Of a stretch of DNA of 32,000 nucleotides, positions 25,289-32,000 are shown piece by piece. The first letter of the stretch is position 1; each line of letters begins with the position of its first letter. The stretch comes from Deinococcus radiodurans R1 = ATCC 13939 = DSM 20539. GTDB taxonomy: Bacteria > Deinococcota > Deinococci > Deinococcales > Deinococcaceae. The stretch lies in NCBI RefSeq assembly GCF_000008565.1, contig NC_001263.1:2003533-2035532 (forward strand), read 5' to 3'. The position numbers were made by a program, and so were the translations under genes. Under the pieces are notes generated by a model. It ran no database searches. It had not been told where the DNA came from and saw only the letters and a program-made list of their open reading frames with translations.

Positions 25289-26128
25289 GTGCTGACCTTT
25301 TCTTTTTTGACGCTCTTTCCCGAACTGCTCACCCCCTTCGCGCAGGAAGCCATCGTGGGCAAGGCGCGGGAACGGGGTCTGATAGACGTGCGGCTGGTCA
25401 ACCTGCGCGACTACGCCCAGAACAAGCATCTCAAGGTGGACGACACGCCCTATGGCGGCGGCGCGGGCATGGTCATCCGGGTGGACGTGGCGGCGCGCGC
25501 TCTGGACGCCGCGTGTCAGGCGGGGCCGCGGCCCGACGAGGTGATTTTGTTCACCCCAGCGGGCGAGCGCTTTACCCAGCAGGTGGCCGAGGAGCTGGCG
25601 AACAAACAGCACCTCGTCTTTCTCTGTGGCCGTTACGAGGGCTTCGACGCGCGGGTCGAGGGACTCGTCACCCGCGAACTGAGCCTCGGCGACTTCGTGA
25701 TGATGGGCGGCGAGGCGGCGGCGGCCTGCGTGCTCGAAGCGGTGGCCCGGCTGCGGCCCGGCGTGCTCGGCGACGAGGCGTCGCACCAGCAGGACTCCTT
25801 TTCCAGCGGTTTGCTCGACTACCCCGAGTACACCCGTCCCCCTGAGTGGGAAGGCCACAGCGTGCCCGACGTGCTGCGCGGCGGCAACCACGCGGCGGTG
25901 GCCCGCTGGCGGCGCGACCAGGCGTTGGAACGCACCCTGCGCCGCCGTCCCGACCTGCTGCCCGGCGCCGGCCTGACGCCGCAGGACAGTGCGGCCCTGC
26001 TGGCACTGGGCGTGACCCCCGAACAGCTCAGCATCTGGGACGCGCCGCCCCCACCCGCGCCAAAGGTTCGCCGCAAAAAGAAGCCGTCGGCTGAGGACAA
26101 GGCCCCGACGGACACTTCTAGCGAGTAA
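25289..26128 (+). CDS. trmD: tRNA (guanine37-N1)-methyltransferase TrmD with a Pro/Lys-rich C-terminal tail
   Basis: [35 protein letters not shown] start at 25289. About 45 extra C-terminal residues ([19 protein letters not shown]). Confidence 0.95.
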   Translation: MLTFSFLTLFPELLTPFAQEAIVGKARERGLIDVRLVNLRDYAQNKHLKVDDTPYGGGAGMVIRVDVAARALDAACQAGPRPDEVILFTPAGERFTQQVAEELANKQHLVFLCGRYEGFDARVEGLVTRELSLGDFVMMGGEAAAACVLEAVARLRPGVLGDEASHQQDSFSSGLLDYPEYTRPPEWEGHSVPDVLRGGNHAAVARWRRDQALERTLRRRPDLLPGAGLTPQDSAALLALGVTPEQLSIWDAPPPPAPKVRRKKKPSAEDKAPTDTSSE

Positions 26129-26131
26129 GAA

Positions 26132-27505
26132 TCAGCGCCCAAACAGCAGCGTACTCAGACGACGCCCGCTCAACAGCCGTCCAATCACTGCCGGAATCAT
26201 CAGCACGACGAGGCCGTAGAGGACCGAGAGCGCGATGGTCAGCCCGACGGGGTCGCTGCGCTCGGGGGCGTACCAGTTTTCCAGCACCTGAAGCAGGAAG
26301 GGGTGAATGAGGTACACCTGCAAGCTGACCGTGCCCAGTGTGGCGATCAGGATGCGGAGTGGGTGCGTCGAGCGCTGCCACTGGTAGGCGAGGCCGAGCA
26401 GACCCAGGGCCATCAGGGCGCTGTAGCCCCAGCTCAGGGCGTGGTAGGCCACCGAGTCCACCGACTCTCCCAGCATCTGCCGGGTGGTGACCGTCAGGTA
26501 GGGCGGAAACACCAGCACCAGCAGGCCCAGCACCCACCAGCGCGACTTGCGGAACCACTCGGAAAATTCGCCCAGGCGCGCGCCCACGCTCACGCCCAGC
26601 ACGATGGGCAGGACATACCACAGCACGGTGCTGCCCGGATACGGCGTCTGCAACACGTTGCGGTTGAGTAGGTACGCCCCCGCCTGCAGCGCGGCCCCGA
26701 GCACGAAGGCCAGCCAGATGGGCGGGCGGCGCCGCGCCAGGGGCAGCAGCAGCGGCAAAATCAGGTACACCTGCAGCGCCACCAGCATGAAGTACAGGTG
26801 GTAACTCGCCTTGCCGTAAAGCAGGTAAAACGACCATCGCTCGGGGTCGGTGAGCACTTCCGGGGGCCGGCGTCCGCTGGCGACATACCACAGCACGTAC
26901 AGCACGCTCCACAGCAGGTAAGGCCAGCCGCCGCGAATCAGCCGCCGCGAGTAGTAGCGCAGGGGCCGGAAGTCCTTGAGCAGACTGCGCGTGAGCACCG
27001 TTGCCGACAGGAAAATAAACGCCGGCACCGCGAAGTGCAGCGTGCGGTTGACCCCAGCGGTGATCAGATACGCGGTGCTGCCTTCGGGGAGGTGGCGCAG
27101 CGTCACGGCGGTGGTGTGGTGGGTGACCACTTCCAGAATCGCCAGCCCCCGGAAAAAATCCACCGCACTCAGCCGCGCCGTGGAGACGGCCTGCCGCGAC
27201 ACCGTGACCGGCGCGTGGGCACTCGGCAGGGCAGGCGAGAGGGCGCCGACCCCCACGCCGGCCAGCGCCGCCTCGTGGGGGCGAACCAGGGCCATCGCCC
27301 CGTGCTCGGGCAGACCGGGAAGCTCGTAGGGCGAGTCGAGCAGTTGCTGACGCAGACCGGGCTGCGAGCCCGTCTGGCGGGCGAAATAATTGAGCGCCTT
27401 GTCGAGCCGCACCAGCCCCAGGCGGCGCAGCAGCGACGGTGAAGAACGCCACGCCGTGGTCACGGGCGCAGGCGGCTCAGGAAACGCACTGGCCGGGTGC
27501 GGCAA
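26132..27505 (-). CDS. Acyltransferase-3 family integral membrane protein
   Basis: [19 protein letters not shown] motif followed by about 10 TM helices. The start is uncertain (TTG 27505, or ATG 27295). Confidence 0.8.
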   Translation of the reverse strand: MPHPASAFPEPPAPVTTAWRSSPSLLRRLGLVRLDKALNYFARQTGSQPGLRQQLLDSPYELPGLPEHGAMALVRPHEAALAGVGVGALSPALPSAHAPVTVSRQAVSTARLSAVDFFRGLAILEVVTHHTTAVTLRHLPEGSTAYLITAGVNRTLHFAVPAFIFLSATVLTRSLLKDFRPLRYYSRRLIRGGWPYLLWSVLYVLWYVASGRRPPEVLTDPERWSFYLLYGKASYHLYFMLVALQVYLILPLLLPLARRRPPIWLAFVLGAALQAGAYLLNRNVLQTPYPGSTVLWYVLPIVLGVSVGARLGEFSEWFRKSRWWVLGLLVLVFPPYLTVTTRQMLGESVDSVAYHALSWGYSALMALGLLGLAYQWQRSTHPLRILIATLGTVSLQVYLIHPFLLQVLENWYAPERSDPVGLTIALSVLYGLVVLMIPAVIGRLLSGRRLSTLLFGR

Positions 27506-27696
27506 AGACAGGTGCGGCAGGAAGACGAAGAGCGCCGTGCGCTCCGGGACAGAAGAACCATTCGATTCGTCAGCATACCGGCTGCGGCGCCCGGGGGCGT
27601 GAGGGTTTCCCGGCGTGAGGACCGCCGCGCTGTCACCCGAAGGGTCCTTTCAAGGGTGGAACCGCTCCCAGCGCCTCCCGGCAGGCGCCGGCGTGT

Positions 27697-27705
27697 TAGC
27701 GTTCA
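27697..27705 (+). promoter_or_regulatory. Extended -10 box TGt-TAGCGT 7 nt upstream of the glpX ATG (leaderless-type)
   Basis: gTGTTAGCGTtcagggcATG. No SD sequence. Confidence 0.4.
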
Positions 27706-27709
27706 GGGC

Positions 27710-28709
<1,000 letters not shown>

Positions 28710-28743
28710 GGCCATAAAGCAGAAAGTGTAAGAGAGGGGAGGC

Positions 28744-28762
28744 GAAGGGACCTTCCCTTTTT
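28744..28762 (+). terminator. Weak hairpin plus T-run after glpX
   Basis: gaaggg-acctt-cccttt followed by tt. The stem is short. Confidence 0.35.
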
Positions 28763-28953
28763 CGTGTCTACAACGCCCAGCGCCCCGCCGCTACCCCACG
28801 CCGCACTTCCTCCACCAGCCGCGTCTGAGACCCCTCACCCCTGCCTTCGGCAGGCCCTCTGCTTCGCAGCTTTGCAAGTCTCCCTTTGGTAGAGGGTCAA
28901 CCGGTGCAAGGCAATTCTTTTGTCAAATGCTTTAGGAAGGCCAGCGGGTCGGA

Positions 28954-29000
28954 TATAAAAAGAAGCGTCGGGCACGGCAACTTGGAGCTGGACATGCCGT
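28954..29000 (-). terminator. Possible terminator after the VOC-like gene
   Basis: Minus strand: ACGGCA...TGCCGT stem (29000-28974), then GCCCGACGC and TTCTTTTTAT. Confidence 0.35.
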
Positions 29001-29624
29001 TCACAACGTCACCAGCCCCCCCGGCGTTTCCAGTTGCGCGGCCAGTTCAGGCTGCGGCGCCTCGTACACTTCCACCTCGCCCACGAAGTTCAGGGCATTG
29101 AGCTGCCCGCGCAGGGCATCAGGGTGAGGCGTACCCAGCCGCAGCGTGAGCAGCCGCACGCCCGCGTCGGGCAGCCGGGCCGGAGGCGCGGGGGTGTCCC
29201 AGACAATCAGGGAAGGCTCGACTCCGCCGCCGGGCAGCTCGCCAGTTGCCGGCACCGTCAGCCGCCAGCGATTCTCGCCCCGGCTCACGGACAACACGTC
29301 GGGGCGCTGCGGCAACTCGCGCACCGCCGCCACCCAGTGAATCAACGCTGGGCCATCGGCCAGCCGCTCGCGCATCTGCGGGGTGTCCAGCCCGAACCAA
29401 CGCGGGCGCGGCGGGGCGGGGGCTACCGGGTTGATGGCGATGACCTCCAGATAAGCCGTCCCCAGCGACAGCAACCGGTTGTGGGTGCCGAACGCGGAAT
29501 GCTCGCCGCCGGGTTGCAGCGGTACGTCCAGGCGGCCTTCGAGCCACGCCACGCCTTCTTCCAGCGTGCGGGCAGCAATGACGAGGTGGTCGAGGTGGGC
29601 TGGTGTGTATGAAGTGTCGGTCAT
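29001..29624 (-). CDS. VOC / glyoxalase-like domain protein
   Basis: [23 protein letters not shown]...[28 protein letters not shown] resembles the Glyoxalase_3 domain. ATG 29624 has AGGAG 6 nt upstream. An alternative ATG is at 29642. Confidence 0.75.
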   Translation of the reverse strand: MTDTSYTPAHLDHLVIAARTLEEGVAWLEGRLDVPLQPGGEHSAFGTHNRLLSLGTAYLEVIAINPVAPAPPRPRWFGLDTPQMRERLADGPALIHWVAAVRELPQRPDVLSVSRGENRWRLTVPATGELPGGGVEPSLIVWDTPAPPARLPDAGVRLLTLRLGTPHPDALRGQLNALNFVGEVEVYEAPQPELAAQLETPGGLVTL

Positions 29625-29643
29625 GGCAGGCTCCTGGGGCATC

Positions 29644-30921
29644 TCAGGCCCCCCGTGGGCGGCTCAGCGCCGCGAGGTCGCCCAGCACGATGGCCGCCGC
29701 CTTTTCGCCGCTTTCCAGGGCGCCCTGAATGCCGCTCATGGACGTGATTTCGGAAGCGAGGAGCACGCCCGGCAGACTGGTGGCGTGCCCCGGCAGCGTG
29801 GCCGCGTACCCGGCGGGCTGCTCGAACTGCGCGTAGGGAATGCGTTCGAGCATAAGCAGCCGCAGCGTGCCGACCGCCTCCGCGCCGTACCAGCGGGTCA
29901 ATTCGCCGCGCACGCGGGCGTCCAGAGACGCATCGTCGAGGTCCGGCAGCCCCAGCACCGTCACCGTCAGCAGGTGCTGTCCGGTGGGAGCACGGCCCGG
30001 CACCGCGAGACTGGTCCACTGGGCGTTGTTGATGAGGCCCGTTTCGGCGTTCAGCAACAGCCGGTGCTGCCCGGAAATGCGCTGCGGAGTCGCGTAGTAC
30101 AGGTAGGTGCTCGACAGGGCGCCCCGGCTGAGCGCCTCGCCGGTCAGGTCGCTGGCGGTCGGTGCCTCGGTCGCCACGATGACCTGCCGGGCGTCTATCT
30201 CGCCCGCGCTCGTCACGGCGGTTACGTAACCGGGCCGGGGCAGCAGCCGCGACACCCGCACGCCGGTCAGGAGATCGCTCCCCTGCGCGAGCTGCCGGCT
30301 GAGTTCGCCCATGCCGCGCCGGGGAAGCGCCGCGCCGCCGTCCATCAGCATCCGGAAGTAGTAGCGAAACAGCCGCGCCGAGGTCGCCAGGTCACGCCGC
30401 AGGAAAATGCCGCCGAAAAAGGGCCGGAAAAAATGGTCGAGCGCCGCTTCCGAAAAGCCCTGACCGCGCAGAAAGCTCTCGGTACTTTCGTCGGAACCAA
30501 TCAGCAATTCGTGGGCGGCGGGCGTGCGGAGCGACGCAGCGAGACGTGCCACCCGCAGCTTGTCGCCCAGCGTCAGGGCGCCCGATTTCAGGGTGCTGGG
30601 CAGACTGGCGAGGTCGTCGAGGGGGCTGCCGAGCACGTCCTCGCGTGCCCCGCGCCGCAGCGCCGCCGCCGAGGGCAGAGGCACGAGGTCGAGCGCGTCG
30701 AGGTTCAGTTGCCGCCGCACCGCCGGATACGCAGGAAACAGCACCTGAAACCCGGCGTCGAGGGTAAAGCCCTCCAGCTCACGCGAGCGCACCCGGCCCC
30801 CCACCTCGGGCGCTGCTTCCAGCACGCGCACCCGCCGCCCGGCCCGCGTGAGCACCCGCGCCGCCGTCAGGCCCGCAAGCCCGCCCCCGACCACCAGTCC
30901 GTCCAACATGCGCCCCAGCAT
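29644..30921 (-). CDS. NAD(P)/FAD-dependent oxidoreductase (amine-oxidase / phytoene-desaturase-like fold)
   Basis: N-terminal dinucleotide-binding motif [15 protein letters not shown]...[13 protein letters not shown] and C-terminal [10 protein letters not shown]. The start is 30921 or 30909. Confidence 0.85.
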   Translation of the reverse strand: MLGRMLDGLVVGGGLAGLTAARVLTRAGRRVRVLEAAPEVGGRVRSRELEGFTLDAGFQVLFPAYPAVRRQLNLDALDLVPLPSAAALRRGAREDVLGSPLDDLASLPSTLKSGALTLGDKLRVARLAASLRTPAAHELLIGSDESTESFLRGQGFSEAALDHFFRPFFGGIFLRRDLATSARLFRYYFRMLMDGGAALPRRGMGELSRQLAQGSDLLTGVRVSRLLPRPGYVTAVTSAGEIDARQVIVATEAPTASDLTGEALSRGALSSTYLYYATPQRISGQHRLLLNAETGLINNAQWTSLAVPGRAPTGQHLLTVTVLGLPDLDDASLDARVRGELTRWYGAEAVGTLRLLMLERIPYAQFEQPAGYAATLPGHATSLPGVLLASEITSMSGIQGALESGEKAAAIVLGDLAALSRPRGA

Positions 30922-30995
30922 AAGAGGATCCCCGGTATCAAAGGATGAAGTGCAGGAGAATAGTTCTGTCAGAAGCGGGCCTTTACCCTGAGCCC

Positions 30996-31184
30996 ATGTT
31001 CGGTCGCCGCGTTCCCCCCAACGTCGTCTTCATGCTGAGTCTGCTGCTGGCGGTCGTGTGCGGCCTGATCTGTTACAAGGCCCTCAGCGTGAACAACATC
31101 GTGGGCGGCGTCATCGCGGGCCTCTTCGCCCTGTGGTTCGCGGTGGACGCGGTGCGCTCGTTCGGCTGGACGCGGCAGAAATAA
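30996..31184 (+). CDS. Small membrane protein (62 aa, two TM helices)
   Basis: [28 protein letters not shown]...[23 protein letters not shown] box 6 nt upstream of ATG 30996. Confidence 0.5.
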   Translation: MFGRRVPPNVVFMLSLLLAVVCGLICYKALSVNNIVGGVIAGLFALWFAVDAVRSFGWTRQK

Positions 31185-31227
31185 ATTGGTGGGAGCGGCT
31201 CCGCTTTCCCGGTGCTAGCCTCGCCGC

Positions 31228-32000
31228 ATGACCGACAAGCTGGAACACCATGTGGCACGGGGCCTGGACGACCTGCGGGCGCTCGTCGCCCTGCCGAGCG
31301 TTTCGGCGCAGGGCCGGATGCTGCCCGAAACCGCCGACGCCGTGGCCGGGCTGCTGCGGGCCGAGGGCTTCGGCGTGCAGCAATTCCCCGGCACGGTGGC
31401 GCCGGTGCTGCTCGCCGAAGCGGGCGAGGGCCCCTTCACCCTGCTGATCTACAACCACTACGACGTGCAGCCCGAGGACCCGCTGGAACTGTGGGACACG
31501 CCGCCCTTCGAACTCACCGAGCGAGGCGGGCGGCTTTACGGACGTGGCGCCAGCGACGACAAGGGCGAACTCGCCTCGCGGCTGGCGGCGGTGCGGGCAG
31601 TGCGCGAGCAGCTCGGGCACCTGCCGGTCAAGATCAAGTGGCTGATCGAGGGCGAGGAAGAAGTCGGCAGCCCGACCCTGGAACGCTTCGTGGCCGAGCA
31701 CGCCGCCGAGTTGCAGGCCGACGGCTGCTGGTGGGAATTCGGCGGCATCAGCCCCGAGGGACGGCCCATTCTCTCGCTGGGGCTCAAGGGCGTGATGTGC
31801 CTGGAACTGCGCTGCCGGGTGGCCGACAGTGACCTCCACAGCAGCCTCGGGGCCGTGATTGACAACCCGCTCTACTGCCTCGCCCGCGCGGTCGCCAGCC
31901 TGCGCGACGAGCAGGGCAACGTCACCATCCCCGGCTTTTACGACGACGTGCGGGCGGCGAGCGGGGCCGACCGGCAGGCCATCGCGCAGATTCCCGGCGA
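31228..32000 (+). CDS. M20-family metallopeptidase (dipeptidase / ArgE-DapE-CPG2-like), 3' end outside the window
   Basis: My own translation from ATG 31228 gives MTDKLEHHVARGLDDLRALVALPSVS...LLIYNHYDVQPEDP...LYGRGASDDKGE...WLIEGEEEVGSP. It is absent from the ORF track because no stop lies in the window. TGc-TAGCCT box 6 nt upstream. Confidence 0.85.
   Translation, partial: MTDKLEHHVARGLDDLRALVALPSVSAQGRMLPETADAVAGLLRAEGFGVQQFPGTVAPVLLAEAGEGPFTLLIYNHYDVQPEDPLELWDTPPFELTERGGRLYGRGASDDKGELASRLAAVRAVREQLGHLPVKIKWLIEGEEEVGSPTLERFVAEHAAELQADGCWWEFGGISPEGRPILSLGLKGVMCLELRCRVADSDLHSSLGAVIDNPLYCLARAVASLRDEQGNVTIPGFYDDVRAASGADRQAIAQIPG

Noticed and set aside
26118-27452. 444-aa minus-strand ORF in an alternative frame of the acyltransferase gene.
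   Set aside because: The translation is Arg/Pro/Ala/Gly-rich with no hydrophobic helices. The overlapping frame (26132-27505) encodes a coherent multi-TM acyltransferase-3 protein.
28886-29101. 71-aa + strand ORF in the glpX/VOC intergenic region.
   Set aside because: It has a non-ATG start. Half of it is antisense to the VOC-like gene, there is no SD, and its composition switches at the gene boundary.
31111-31839. ORFs 31212-31832 (+) and 31111-31839 (-) from the track.
   Set aside because: Both are Arg/Gly/Ala-rich alternative-frame or antisense products. The frame starting at ATG 31228 gives clear M20 peptidase motifs and is open to the window end.

Overview
High-GC (about 67%) chromosomal window that is densely coding. 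It holds about 36 protein genes and one tRNA. I saw no transposase, integrase, CRISPR array or rRNA. Gene content and order look like a Deinococcus housekeeping region. From memory it resembles D. radiodurans chromosome 1 around trxB / rpsA / catalase katE1, but I cannot verify that here.

Recognisable genes:
- Redox and stress: trxB, monofunctional catalase, DinB-like protein.
- Translation and RNA: tRNA-Gln(CUG), rpsA, truD, rpmI-rplT, KH-protein/rimM/trmD, NYN/LabA-like protein.
- Metabolism: tdk, plsX, asd, glpX, M20 peptidase (runs off the 3' edge), S66 LD-carboxypeptidase-like gene, VOC-like protein, FAD oxidoreductase, transglutaminase-like protein, class-A beta-lactamase-like lipoprotein.
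- Membrane and other: DegV, phoH, rhomboid, Yip1, MscS, LysE exporter, acyltransferase-3 membrane protein.

No obvious accessory or defence island is present. The interesting signals are regulatory and structural:
1. A leaderless 10-codon Thr-rich leader peptide with mutually exclusive antiterminator and terminator hairpins directly upstream of asd.
2. A near-perfect Fur-family 7-1-7 palindrome that fills the -35/-10 spacer of the catalase promoter.
3. A 3 x 14-bp tandem repeat in the divergent NYN/catalase intergenic region.
4. Three single-nucleotide frame disruptions in conserved housekeeping genes (plsX, glpX, S66 peptidase). These are either sequencing errors or real pseudogenes.
5. A recurrent TANNNT box 5-7 nt upstream of start codons at 11 genes, implying leaderless mRNAs.
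6. Structured 5' and 3' untranslated regions around rpmI-rplT.

Many long ORFs in the six-frame track are antisense or alternative-frame artefacts of the high GC content and were rejected.
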